Source: Elsinoe ampelina (lineage: Eukaryota). Taken from it: a stretch of 64,000 bases of DNA. Below are positions 46,775 to 58,658 of this stretch, one piece after another. Within the stretch, counting starts at the first letter, position 1. Each line of letters opens with the position of its first letter. The notes under the pieces were generated by a model. The model was not told the DNA's origin. It saw only the letters and a list, made by a program, of their open reading frames with translations, and did not search any database. Where the stretch lies: positions 493,203 through 557,202 of the forward strand of contig ML992513.1 of assembly GCA_010093995.1 (NCBI GenBank), in the 5' to 3' direction. The position numbers and the translations under genes are program-made.

Positions 46775-47448
46775 CTTTGCGTCGTCGAGATAACAGATAC
46801 TAAACCTTCGTAATGTCCGAGATAGACGATACACACAGCTCGACAAGGATCATGGAGAATGCGGGGATCCTCATGGCATTTTGCTCTAATGTGCAGCATA
46901 TTGATGTGGCTCTTCTAGCATTCCTTGCTTAAATCTCGAACAACAAACAAGGGCAGGAAGTTATGGAATGGAATGAGGCCGGCCCCCTCTGCTCACCTTG
47001 ATCACACGAGTCTATTGATATCACTAGAGACTGGAGATGAGATTGCAGAAGACTAGAATGAAATCTCTTGCGTTGTATCGTGAAATGACAGTGCCCAGAC
47101 ACCGCAAAGTCGTGAGGATTGGCAGATGAAGGACAGCGGCCCTCAAAAAGTGGCGTCACGATCAATAGATCACGAGATACTTGATACATGAGATCCGAAT
47201 TTTTCAGGAAATAGGATGATGGAGAGCTGGATTGTTCAGATGTGACATGCGGCGCGAGAGGAAGGAAGAAGAGACAAAGAAAAGAGAAAGAGAGTGTGCC
47301 TCGTCGTGCACATTTCCGACCTCGCCAAGCCATCTCACTAACAGTGCATATTCAGCCATGGAACCGGAATTTGTAGTTTGCGGTGGTACACACGCTCAAG
47401 TATGGAGTAGAGTCGTCAATCATCTACAATACAGCTTATTGTACAAAA

Positions 47449-50295
47449 TCAATCGACTGCGGAGGCCTTTTTTCTGCCCCTGCCTGATCCTGTCTTGTCT
47501 CTCTTATCCCTGACACCACTGATCTTGCCTCTCCTCAATCTCCCTCCGACGAGCGGCTTGATGCCTCCCTCCTGGACTTTTCCGGACGAGCCGTCGACTG
47601 GAACGTCATAGATGATCGGCTGGGCTCGCTTTCTCTTTGGTGGCTGCTCGGCCAATCTCCTCTTCGCTTTAGCACTCATGGTCACGCCCTTGAGGTTGAT
47701 GGTATGTGGCTGTGTCTTGCCGTCCTTGCCGAGGCGTACCTCTCGAGCTACTCGGGTCTTTGCCCCAAGTGCCCAGAGATCGCCCCATTGACTCTTTCGT
47801 GCATCACGGAAAGCTTGTTTGGAGAAACTCCGAGGTACGGTCCACCGCTCAAGGGTTCCAGAGGGCGTACAAAGGTCCAGTATAACGTGGCCGGTACGCT
47901 TGAGAGGCGGAAAGACGGCGCGAGGCAGCATCAGACCATGAGGTGATGTTCGGATGGCTGAAGTTTCCGAGATGGCTGAAGTTTCCGAGATGGCTGGAGC
48001 AGTAGGGTCGAACTCTTCCTCTGCAAAGTCCTCAGGCTCCATATGCTCGTATCCTTCAAAGGCTCGACTGGTGGCAGTATCTCCCTGGACAATTGCTTGC
48101 TCGTCCCGATCACGAAGATCCCGCCCACGCATGATGGACAAGTACGAGAACTGGACATCTTCATGATTCTTGTCCTTCGCACGCAGGAGCTTCTGCAGGT
48201 AGGGCGGGCGGGTGTATCGCTGCTCGAAGTGACAATAGTCTTTGCGGCCTGCAGACATACCAGGCTTGGTGTACATCGGGCATCCTGCGTGGTTCGTACA
48301 TGGTGCAATGATCATGCCTTTGCCCTTGTCTCTCACGCCGAACACATGTCCCTCGCCGGGCTCGTCGACCTCTTCTGCTACTTTCTCGTTCCCGGGTGAA
48401 GCGACCCGAGTGACCAATAAGAACTTTCGAGCCCCTGCAATCATCTCGAAACCACGGGGGACGCCCTTCTCCACGAGGACAAGGAGACCGCCATCAGCAT
48501 TCAGCAAGCTCCAGAGATTTGCAACATATTGTTTGCGAAGGTATTCTTCTTTGAGAGGCCAGAGAGCATGGGGCGCGATGATGATATCAAACTTGCCGTG
48601 CTGAGCTGCCGATGGATCGCTTGCATGAATGTAGTCAGGTAAGCGCGGGATGAAGGTCGTATTGTCCAGAAGTACACTGGCTCTTTTCCGCATGGTATCA
48701 GAGCTGGCCAGCACAGTCGCTTTACCAGTCGGTGCCTCGACAGGCGCGCCACCTGCTCGACCGTCCGCGGTTGCCAATCCTTTCGAGGCTTCCACGTCGT
48801 CGGAATTGTCAGAGAGACGCTCCCACTCGGCTCGTAGTAACGAGCGGAACGCGACGACTCCTGCACCTGCGCTACCTGCATCGAGGATCCGTGGGCCTCC
48901 CTCCTTCTGGAGCAGACCTTCCAGCCAGCTTGAGCCAAGCCTTTTCCTCGATTCGACTAGCGCGCTCATGACGCTTGCGTATGTTCCAGGCATGACTGCT
49001 GCAAAGTACGAATCCGCCTCGATATCGGACATGCGGTCCAGTGATGGATCCAATGGAATAGCTTTTTGCGGCATGCTCTTCGCGAAGCTAGGATTCGATG
49101 TTGAGTATGGAAGGCCATCGCCGCCGAAGATTCGCTTAGCTGCATCTGCCAAGTGAACGGGCGAAGTGCCTGATATGATGGCTGATACAGGTCCGACCAA
49201 AGCCGATTGTGGTAATGTTACAGTTGACGGAAAAGTCGTGAATCGGTTCTCTGCAGTGAAGGGATGTGTCCTCTGAGTTGCCTCGCCAGCGGGTTCTGTA
49301 TCCTCCGAGTCCCTCATCTCTTCCTCGACGACTCCCTGGATCAGATTGTCCTCCGCCTCGTTCTCATTCTCCAGCTCTGCGCGCTTGCTAGCTTCTGCCT
49401 CCACTTTTGCCTCGTAGTGTAGGAACAAACACTGGAGTAGCTCATCAGCCTCCTCGTCCTTGTCATTCGACCTGAGATATTGCTCCAGCTTAAAGTACCG
49501 AACGTCGTCCAGGTACATGATGTGCTCATCCTCGTCCATGGTCTTCCACTCTTTCTCCAAATGTGCCAAAGCCGCTTCGTCAGCTCTGGTCATGTCGGCG
49601 TAGAGGAATGTATCGTCGATCTCCTTCTTCTTTGCGCGAACGAAGAACTTGCCTTTTTTCGACTTACGTAGTCGGACCATCTCTGGGGAGTTGAGCGCAG
49701 ACTCTAGAGCTTCTGCACCATCAACATCGCCATCCTCTCCTTCAGCTTCAGCTTCCGCAATGTACTCCACCTCTTCAAGCGAGCCATCTTCTGCTTCACG
49801 AAGGACTCCTGTGCCGGTCAAGTCATCCGATTCGTCTGCTAGTGCTTCAGATTCCACCTCGAGCTCTGCCTCCGAGATGATATCTGCGGCACCGAACATG
49901 CGCTCATAGCTTTTATACTGAGAACCGCTGAGCAGCCCTTCAGGAAGCCGGTCACCATAGAGTTGTCTAGCATGTTGAGCTGCGGAATCATCGTCAAGAC
50001 CAGCGAATGATGGAAAAGCGGAGGTGGCAGGCGAGGCTGTGGGGGATGTCGCAGGGAGTACAGCAGAGGTAATGCCAAATGCCTCGCTGGCACGATCTAG
50101 ATCTCTCAAGACATGCTCAAGGTCTTCTGCTCTTCGACTTGGGGAAGTCGAAAGCAGTCTCGTGGGGTTTGATGGCGCTTCCAAATATCTACCATTTCTG
50201 GAGATAGTCTTCCCACACCGTGGTCTGGCCACCACAGATCGACCAAGTAGACTAGGTAATCGAGTGGTCCATTGAGGAAAGGCTGCCGTTTGCAT
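47449..50295 (-). CDS. RSM22: Mitochondrial small-subunit protein / methyltransferase-like Rsm22
   Basis: RILDAGSAGAG, LVLVEKGVPRGFE, IIAPCTNHAGCPM, CHFEQRY, KRTGHVILDLCTPSGTLERWTV, ARKSQWGDLWALG. Start codon uncertain. Confidence 0.92.
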   Translation of the reverse strand: MQTAAFPQWTTRLPSLLGRSVVARPRCGKTISRNGRYLEAPSNPTRLLSTSPSRRAEDLEHVLRDLDRASEAFGITSAVLPATSPTASPATSAFPSFAGLDDDSAAQHARQLYGDRLPEGLLSGSQYKSYERMFGAADIISEAELEVESEALADESDDLTGTGVLREAEDGSLEEVEYIAEAEAEGEDGDVDGAEALESALNSPEMVRLRKSKKGKFFVRAKKKEIDDTFLYADMTRADEAALAHLEKEWKTMDEDEHIMYLDDVRYFKLEQYLRSNDKDEEADELLQCLFLHYEAKVEAEASKRAELENENEAEDNLIQGVVEEEMRDSEDTEPAGEATQRTHPFTAENRFTTFPSTVTLPQSALVGPVSAIISGTSPVHLADAAKRIFGGDGLPYSTSNPSFAKSMPQKAIPLDPSLDRMSDIEADSYFAAVMPGTYASVMSALVESRKRLGSSWLEGLLQKEGGPRILDAGSAGAGVVAFRSLLRAEWERLSDNSDDVEASKGLATADGRAGGAPVEAPTGKATVLASSDTMRKRASVLLDNTTFIPRLPDYIHASDPSAAQHGKFDIIIAPHALWPLKEEYLRKQYVANLWSLLNADGGLLVLVEKGVPRGFEMIAGARKFLLVTRVASPGNEKVAEEVDEPGEGHVFGVRDKGKGMIIAPCTNHAGCPMYTKPGMSAGRKDYCHFEQRYTRPPYLQKLLRAKDKNHEDVQFSYLSIMRGRDLRDRDEQAIVQGDTATSRAFEGYEHMEPEDFAEEEFDPTAPAISETSAISETSAIRTSPHGLMLPRAVFPPLKRTGHVILDLCTPSGTLERWTVPRSFSKQAFRDARKSQWGDLWALGAKTRVAREVRLGKDGKTQPHTINLKGVTMSAKAKRRLAEQPPKRKRAQPIIYDVPVDGSSGKVQEGGIKPLVGGRLRRGKISGVRDKRDKTGSGRGRKKASAVD
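47953..47996. repeat. In-frame 18-bp tandem repeat (~2.4 copies) encoding AISETS-AISETS-AI in Rsm22
   Basis: GATGGCTGAAGTTTCCGA x2 followed by GATGGCTG. Confidence 0.9.
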
Positions 50296-50958
50296 AGGGC
50301 CAGAAGATCGTGTCGGATGATGATAGGCTTGTGACGGGATCTTGGGCAGCGGCCGAACGTTAGCAGCTTGGTTGTCGACGACGACGATTATCTTTGAGCT
50401 TGTCTTCGAGATTGAAGCTCCAGACCTGGTCGACCTCTGAGACGTTCAGAAATTACGATTGACCCACAAATTAGAGAGCGGCTCTGCGGGCGAAGCCGGT
50501 GCAGTGGGTCGGCACAGATCCGGGGGAAAGGGATGCGAAATGACAACACCGTTGGGTCTATTGCTTCTCATCTCCCCCTCTTACTTGGATAATTTCCAGT
50601 GGACTGATACAGTCTGATCGATACGATTCCTGGCTCGAGCCGATCTTTGCGATTATCAGCAAGCCAATCAATCCGTCTAATGCCCGGTGCATGGTCTGGG
50701 CTTGCCTCGCCTCCTTGTCATCCGTCTTTAAACAATCAACCCATACAGAAGAAGCTCCAAGGACGTTGTACTGTATGTGCAGTATAGCAACGCCTCCCCT
50801 TCATACCAGCTATTTGCTGCGTGTAGTGAGGAGTTCGTCTGTCTGTGTGCAAACGTTCTCCAACCGTAAGTGCGATCATGAATCTATATAGCATTCTTTG
50901 CAGCCGCTCGCGGGATTGTTCAGGCAAGTCAGCATCTCCTACTCTACAGTCCTTCCTC

Positions 50959-52089
50959 ATGGCTCTCAACATTGTCGCACTCGGTCTTGCAGCTGCCGGC
51001 CTTGTCCAAGCTGTACCAGCACTAGAAGTCTTTCCCAAGAACGCCGCCGCGGCCGCCGTCTGCTCAGCAGCGCCATACAAGCAATGGCTCCCTCTCTCGC
51101 AACTCCCAGCAGCCGTGACCTTCTGCAACAAGAAGTTCCCGCTCGCCAAATGCACCACCACCAAGAACACAACCTCCACCTCCTTCGCCCCCGCCGTCAC
51201 AGTCACCGACACCATCACCCTCAACCAAGCCGTCGAATTCACCCGCACCATCGCCGCCGCAACCACCAACATCACCACCACCCTCCCCTCCCCACCCGTC
51301 ATCAAAACCAGCACAGTCACCACCGTCGAAACCCAAGTAATCTGCTACAACCAAACCGCCAACCCAGGCTTCGGCGCCCCCTCCTCAACCACCACCTCCA
51401 CCCTCGCAACCACCACCACCACCCCCCTCCCCCAACAAAAACGCTCCCCCTCCGACTTCTCCGACGACGCCAACCTCACCCCGCTCCTCGCGCGGGCCCT
51501 GGCGCCAAAAGCGAAAAAATCCCTCTCCTCCCGCCTCGCCTCCGTCCGGGCTCTCGCAACAGGTAATAAACCCAAGGCCAAATCCACCGCCAAAACCATC
51601 TGCGGCTGCATCCGCCCCAACCCGTCCTGCTCCACCAAAACAGCGACGGTGATCGCCACGGCGGCCAACACGACGTACGCGACCGTCACGGCCACGGTGG
51701 GCGTCACGGCCACGAAGAACGTGACGGAGAGCGGGACCGTGACGGTCACTAGCACCGTGTTTACGGGGACCGCGGCGACGATTAATAGTTTTGTGAATGT
51801 GACGAGTACGGTTTATGAGAGTGGGTGTTCGGGGGTTGGGTCGGTGACGACGACGGGGACGACGACGGGGACGGGTAGCGCCAGTTCGACTACCACGGGG
51901 GAAGTGAGCAGCAGCAGCAGCAGCAGCAGCTTGTCGTCGCTGAGCACTAGCTTGGTCAGCACTAGCTTGGTGAGCAGTGAAACCAGCGCAGTGACGAGTG
52001 CCATCACGACAACGACCACGACCGAGGTGAGCTCGTCGACGAGCAGTGAGGTGGCTACTACGACCACGGCTACGACATCTGCTTCGTAG
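50959..52089 (+). CDS. Secreted Ser/Thr-rich (mucin-like) cell-surface protein with Cys motifs
   Basis: Signal peptide MALNIVALGLAAAGLVQA; C..AVTFC and TICGCI motifs; QKR site; Ser/Thr-rich tail with no hydrophobic GPI signal. Confidence 0.8.
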   Translation: MALNIVALGLAAAGLVQAVPALEVFPKNAAAAAVCSAAPYKQWLPLSQLPAAVTFCNKKFPLAKCTTTKNTTSTSFAPAVTVTDTITLNQAVEFTRTIAAATTNITTTLPSPPVIKTSTVTTVETQVICYNQTANPGFGAPSSTTTSTLATTTTTPLPQQKRSPSDFSDDANLTPLLARALAPKAKKSLSSRLASVRALATGNKPKAKSTAKTICGCIRPNPSCSTKTATVIATAANTTYATVTATVGVTATKNVTESGTVTVTSTVFTGTAATINSFVNVTSTVYESGCSGVGSVTTTGTTTGTGSASSTTTGEVSSSSSSSSLSSLSTSLVSTSLVSSETSAVTSAITTTTTTEVSSSTSSEVATTTTATTSAS

Positions 52090-53036
52090 AAGGTGAGCGC
52101 AGGCTGGAGAGGGGATGGGAGCGCAGGATACTCAAGATCAGTGGTGTTGGATTCATGGGAAAGCGATGGAGTCACAAAGACATAACAGTAATGTTCGGTA
52201 TTAATGAGGAGAGTATGTAGGCAGGGAACAATACCGTCCACGGACAGAAAAGCATAATGCATAATGCCACAACCAGAAAGACTCTGTTCTTAACCCCGTG
52301 TGCTCCTTGTGTTGCTCGAACTGTCGAATCCGGCCTACAGCTATCGCACGTGATCTCGATGGAACTTGGTTGGCTTGCACACATTGATTGTTGAAACTAT
52401 CTAGTCGCGAATCGATCCAGCCAGCTCCCACGCCGGACTTGTCTCTCAACAAACCCGACACGTCACCGACCTTGTCCATCGCGTATGCCCTCCGTCCCCT
52501 CCCCATAGAGCAATGTCGTCCTCCCCACGAGTGTCCCTTCCAATCTGAACCACGAGACCCCCGACGACAAAAGTTGCATGATAATTAGTGTGGAGTGGCG
52601 CTCGAAAAGAAACCGAAAGAAGCCGAGCTGTGTTGAGCAATCTGTTTCCCAGTCCTTGTTCTCATTTGGTCTGGTAGCAGCGCGTCGTGTGTATTCTGCA
52701 GGTCAATCGATACCAGAGGTCCAACAGCCTGCCGAATGACACGCCAAGTGACACGTCGAAATACCAGTGAGAAAGTAAGGAGAAGAGATGCGGTTACATC
52801 AATGCCGGGTTGAAAGCCGTGTTTCATCGGTCGACAAGTCCTGGAGACTTGCCTTCTAGTGAAGAGCACGACACGTGCAATGATGACCAAGTGTGCAAGG
52901 AAATCGAAATCGACTGGTCAGACCAATCAATGCCGCCTTTCCCAGCAAATAGTAGTGATGACGCTCAATCCTCGCCCAGTTTGTGACTGTCGTCCAATTG
53001 TGGTGTCGAAGATCAGCCGACCTTGTTGTCGTTCAA

Positions 53037-54407
53037 TCAATAGCCGGTGTAACCAGGCTGATCAGCGCCACGTTTGGACGAGCGGAGTTGCCTGTGAGAA
53101 AAAACGTATTAGCATCATGTTCAAAGGCCCTCCGCGCAGCCTGTATCTCAAGTACTCGAACGCAGAGGAAAGGCCCCTTACAAATTGGGCAAGAGGATCG
53201 GAAGATGTTACAACTCACATTCCCGATCCTTCCTGACGGGGATTGACGGGACCACGACGCTTGTCAGTAACGGCACCACTGGCACCAGCGGTGGCATTGT
53301 TAGTGGCTGACGGGTGGCGGGTCCTAGCTGCCTTGTCGTCCGTATCCTCGGCCTGAGCCTGGTTGCCTTGAGCCTGGGCAATGGCTTGGGCGTTCTTCTG
53401 GTACTTGTAGACAGTCCAGTCAAACACGTAGTCGTACTGGAATCCCTCGCGGACGAACAGGTCGCGGAAGATCTTGCGGAGGTAGGAGTAGTCTGGCTTG
53501 TCGTCGAAGCGGAGAGAGCGAGTGTAGTTGAGGTAGATGGCAAACTCGTTGGGGAAGCCTCGGCAGAGAACTTCAGTCGGGGTGGTCATCTTCTTCTCCA
53601 TGATGCGGTCATACTTCTGCTTCTTGGTGGCAGCCTTGAGCCCTTGCCATGGAAGGGAGCCACGGCAGAAGTAGAGCATGACGTATCCAAGAGACTCCAT
53701 GTCATCACGGCGGGACTGCTCAACGCCGAGATGGGTGTTGATACTAGCGTAACGAGCAGTACCGGTGAGGTTCTTGTTCTCACGGTATGGGATGTGGAAG
53801 TGTGTCTTTGGGTCCCTGTACTTCTTGGCCAGACCGAAATCGATAACGTTGACCTGGTTGCCCCTCTTGCCAATGCCCATCAAGAAGTTGTCGGGCTTGA
53901 TATCACGGTGGATGAATGACTTGGCGTGAATGTACTCGATGCGAGAGATGAGCTGGTCTGCAAGGAGGAGGACAGTCTTGAGGGAGAATTTGCGGTTACA
54001 GAAGTTGAAAAGATCCTCCAGACTGGGACCGAGAAGGTCGAGAACCATGGCGTTGTAGTCACATTCTGTGCCGAACCAGCGGACGAAAGGGATACCGACA
54101 CCACCGGCAAGAGACTTATAGACGCGGGCTTCGTATTCCAGTTGAGGGTGTTTGGCCTTGACGCTTTCGAGCTTGATTGCAATCTCCTCGCCAGAAATGA
54201 TGTTTGTGCCTGTGTTATGTTAGACAGTCGACCACATGTGTCTGACGACAGTGCATACCGAGATAGATGTCACCGAAACTTCCACTGCCGATTTTACGGC
54301 CAATTCTGTACTTGTTGCCGACACGGAGATCCTGCTGGTGAATCAGTCAATGTTTTTACAGAGGTTTCCTGCTAGCAGTTTCGGGAGATGCATACCATTG
54401 TCGTCAT
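53037..54407 (-). CDS. HRR25: Casein kinase I (Hrr25/CK1delta type); two short 5' exons and a probable terminal intron 53092-53218
   Basis: [83 protein letters not shown]. Confidence 0.97.
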
Positions 54408-55969
54408 GATTTGATTTGTGTTTGCAAAGGCCAAGCCCTTGCTCTTTCAATCCGTAATCGGAGAAGGTGTGTTGTGGTTGAAGGAAGAGAGAGGATCTGG
54501 TGAGGTGTCAAAGTCAGTTTGGGTGTCAATCTGAAGCGGTGAGCTTGGCGGAAGCGAGTGTCGACAGTTGAAGGTCTGATTGAGTGCTTGTGAAACGAAA
54601 AGCTCGTGACTGTGATTGCAAAAACTCGTGCAGGGCGGGTCGTATTGATTGTCGACAATGGTGGTGTGCTGTCATGTGAATAGAGGTCGATTGTGAGGGA
54701 CGTACCTGGTGATACAGCCAAGTGATGGCAGATGACGGACAGATGGACGGTTCCGACCGTGTGGTGGTAAATGCAGTCTTTGCCGGGAGACGAGGTCGTC
54801 AACGGCGTGTGATCGAAACCAGACGAGCAGTGTCCTTTACAGGAGCACCTTGCTGCGTCTTTTTGAAGCCTGTCGGCGATGGGAGGACAAGGTTGTGTGG
54901 TGGAGAAGAGCGGTACGGTGAGATGTCGAGATCAAAGGTTGACAAAGGAGGAGAGGAGACGGACGTTTGGCTGAATGTGGAAGGCGGGCCTTGGCCGCTG
55001 CTGGGTGCCGTCGTTTCTGGTTCTCGTCCTCGTTCGGCCGGCAGGGCGCGAGTTGATCTTCGGGCAGCAAAAAGGCAACCCTTGGATCCAACCTTTTGCT
55101 CGGACCTTGGAAAAACCCACGGCCCATGCTGCGAGCAGGAATTTCTGTTTCAGCTTTCGTCGATCTCGAATGCAACCTGAACATCACAAAACACACGTCT
55201 CCACTTGTTGTCTTTTGTCCGATGCATTGGTCCGTCCCTGATCGCTGTGGTATTATCTGCAAGCCCAGCAATCCATCTAGGGTCACAGCCGATCTACCAG
55301 CTCTGTGGGATCATAATACTCACTGCATACGAATACAAGCAAATATCCCTCGGTACTGCCGTATCAAAGGACGACTTTTGGAAAGCTGTTACGAGTCCGT
55401 TGTCAACGTCTGTCAGGGTTTCGCACATGGCCGGCACCGCTCGCCTAGCAGCTGACATCAGACTGAAAACGTCTTCAACATGCTTTGCATCCACCTGCTC
55501 ACTATCCTGCCGATTCCACGTATCAAGATACGTCTTTACTGCCCTATCAAACATGCTCTTACGTTGGAGAAAGTAGGATTTGCCGAGACGCCCACGTCGC
55601 CCGCAACGCCGTAATCGATCATCGATACGTCAAAGGCTCAGGGCCGCGGTCCAATCCACCTCATGCAGTCGTTGATTGTGTTCTCTCGGCGGGTGGGATA
55701 TCGCCAACTCTAGCGTCTCGCATGCTATGAAGAAACACTATTGATATGTAAACAGTCTTGTGATTATGAAGCAGGTCCAGGCGTCTCTCAGACTGCTTCC
55801 GTTCGGGAATGACCCCGCCGATCACTTCTTGGCTGCGGCTTCTGGTTCCTTGAACATGGTCGTCTCCAAAATCTCGTCCCTGACAAGTCCCTGCACTACG
55901 TGATCCGACATTAAAACTAGGGCTCGGCAAGCACTGTGGAATTTTGCTTCAACAGCCAGAAGATTGGCT

Positions 55970-57353
55970 ATGCCATCTCGAGCCACGAAAAGGCAGAAGC
56001 TCGAGTCGGATCCAGCCATCGATCCCAAGCATGCAGCCTTCACAGAGTGGGCCAAGCAGCGAGACATCGAGATTGATGGAGTCGAGCCAGCTGCTCTGCC
56101 GGGGCGAGGCATAGGATTGATGACCACGAAGAAGATCAAAAAAGATGACCAGATCATTCATGTACCCGCTGAGGCCATGATCAAGCCACAGAACGACCTC
56201 TACAAAACAACAGATGAGAAGACTGCTTCGATATCGCCACAAGCCCGATTGGCGGCGACACTCATGCACATGGATTCGATCAAGAACGCCGAATATGAGA
56301 TATGCTCTTCAGTATGGCCAACATCAGACGACTTTGAGTCTTCACTGTTCTGGTACAGCCTCACAGCACACACCGCCTCCCCGCCCTGGTATGACAGTAT
56401 GCCAACAGCTCTGCGGACCGCATCTACCCGTCTCATGCATGACTTCCGGCGTGACTTGCTCTCTATACAAGATCTCGAACATGACGACTTTAAGAACGCA
56501 ACTGCCCAGTCATTTGTCTATTTCTGGACCATCGCCAACACTCGAAGTTTCGCTTGGAAGCCCCACGGACGTAGAGAAGGTGTCATGGTAATGTGTCCGT
56601 TTCTTGACTACATGAATCACTGTCCGTCTGGAGAAGGAGTAAGTCTTTGATCTTCTGCCGCATTCGAAGATCATGACTGAACCTTTTCAGTGTGGCGTAA
56701 GTATGAGTGAAGATGGCTATACCCTGACGGCCAATCGTGATTATGGTAGGTCCTGTGCTGTATTCTTTCTATTCTGCATCTAATGTCATGTCAGAAATTG
56801 GAGAAGAGATCCTTGCCACCTATGGCGCTCATTCAAATGACAAGTTGCTTGTCCACTGTGCGTAAATCCCCGATGGGCAATCAGAGTTTTGCCACTAATG
56901 CTTCCAGATGGCTTCACCATGCCCGGAAGCGCCGACGACTCGATCCAGCTCGACAGCATCATCCTTCCGAATCTCGACGACGCTCAGAAGAGCGACTTGG
57001 AAAACGTCGGCTACCTCGGCAACTATAGCCTCTTCCCAAGCACACAAGAAATCTGTTTCCGAACCCAGGTCGCTCTCCGATCGAAGTCCATGACCTCGAA
57101 CGAGTGGGAGTACTTTATGAACTCCGGCGACGACATTGGCGTCGACATGGACGAGGAGATCAAGTCCGACCTCGCCACGTTCATTGAGAGCACAGCCTAC
57201 CGTCGACAACTCGACATCTCCTCTCTGAAACTCACCGCAGACCACGCCTCCAAGCCCACCTTCCGCGCTGCCATAGAACAAGTCATCCAGCGTGCCATCC
57301 AAATCAACTCTTCCCTGGCCTCATTCCAAGCCTCTCATAGCTCAAGGCAATAA
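55970..57353 (+). CDS. SET-domain protein lysine methyltransferase (Rkm2/SETD4-like); introns ~56639-56690, 56746-56794, 56858-56908
   Basis: FTEWA..GRGIGL, WTIANTRSF, MCPFLDYMNH, GEEILATYGAHSNDKLLVH|YGF, CFRTQVALR. Confidence 0.88.
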
Positions 57354-58658
57354 AATGTCATACCCCTCCATTCTGATCCTCCCCCCTTCACCACCAATCG
57401 CATACTTCCTCCTCACCACCTCAAAAACAATCAACCCCGCCGCCGTACTCGGCACCTGCCTAATCGTACCCCACCAAAAATCCTTGAACAACCACCTCCT
57501 CCAGCCCCCCTCCCTCCTCGCCAACACAGCACAAACCCTCCCCGTCTTCCTGTACGCCTCGACATACCTATCCCTCGTCTCCCCCCACCCCCACCCCCTC
57601 CCCTCCCCCTTGGCCACAGTAAACTGCCTATCCAACCCCTCATACCTACCCCAATGCACACTCTGCACCACACTCAAAGGCCACACCACGACCGACTGCA
57701 CCACACTCGCCCCCGCCCCAGCGAGCAACAAAAACGCCGGCTCCATGAGATAATGCGGCCTGACGACGCCTCTCCGGCCCTCCTTGGCCTCCGCCACCAT
57801 CTCCCCCCTCTGCCGCCCCGAAAGGTTCTCCAGCCCGTAATACGCCCTCACGAAAGCGTAAAAACCCTGCGACTTGACCGCCTCGAACGTGCAGAAGAAC
57901 AACCCCGCGCCGAGGGAGTCCTTCGCCAGACTCAGCGTCGAGCCGGCGTAGGCCCCTCGGGCGCCGATGCGGTGGAGGGTTTGGCGGGCGTAGCTCCACA
58001 TGGACGGGTAGCGTTTGTCGAGGAGGTCGGAGGTTTTGAAGCGCACGACGAGGGCGTCGAAGGGGGCGGCGAAGAGGGTTTGGATTGTGCCGGCTGTGGC
58101 GCCGGCGAGGAAGGTGGCGGGGGCCGGGGGTGGGGGGTAGACTCGTTTTTGGGCGGGGAGGGATGGGGGGTAGTAGGTTGCGAGAGAGGTGAGGTAGGTG
58201 GTGTAGAGGACGGTGGAGATGGAGATGTTGGCGAGGAGAGGCGGGAGGACGTGCAGTGGGAGGAAGGAGAGGCCTTGGGTTTGCACGGCGCGGTAGAGGA
58301 TGAAGGGGGTGGTTTGGGTGGGGGACCAGCGGGGGGAGGTGGTGGGTGGGGAGGGGTTGGCGAGGAGGGTGATGGCTTTGGGGTAGGCGAGGTAGCTAGG
58401 ACGGGGTCAGAAGGTTGGGCGGTGATGCAGGGATGGGTGTCCTTACTCGACTCTGGTTTTGAAAAAGGATCGGACGGGGGCGCGGAAGTAGAAGGCCGCC
58501 ATGCGGGCGGTAAGGGCTCTTACGCCAGCCGCCGAGGCACCGGTGGCAGCATTGTTTTTTTGTTCGCCTTTGGCGGTCTCGACCGCATCTCTGATGTTAC
58601 CGGAACTGTCGCCGGATGGGTTTGGGATCTTGCCGTGTGGAAGGATGCTCACACTCAT
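57342..58658 (-). CDS. Mitochondrial carrier family-like membrane protein; intron 58396-58446
   Basis: FYFRAPVRSFFKTRVD|Y, FLAGATAGTIQTLFAAPFDAL, KDSLGAGLFFCTFEAVK, RQVPSTAAGLIVFE. Confidence 0.85.

Noticed and set aside
51907..51930. (AGC)n microsatellite
   Set aside because: Ordinary poly-Ser coding repeat.
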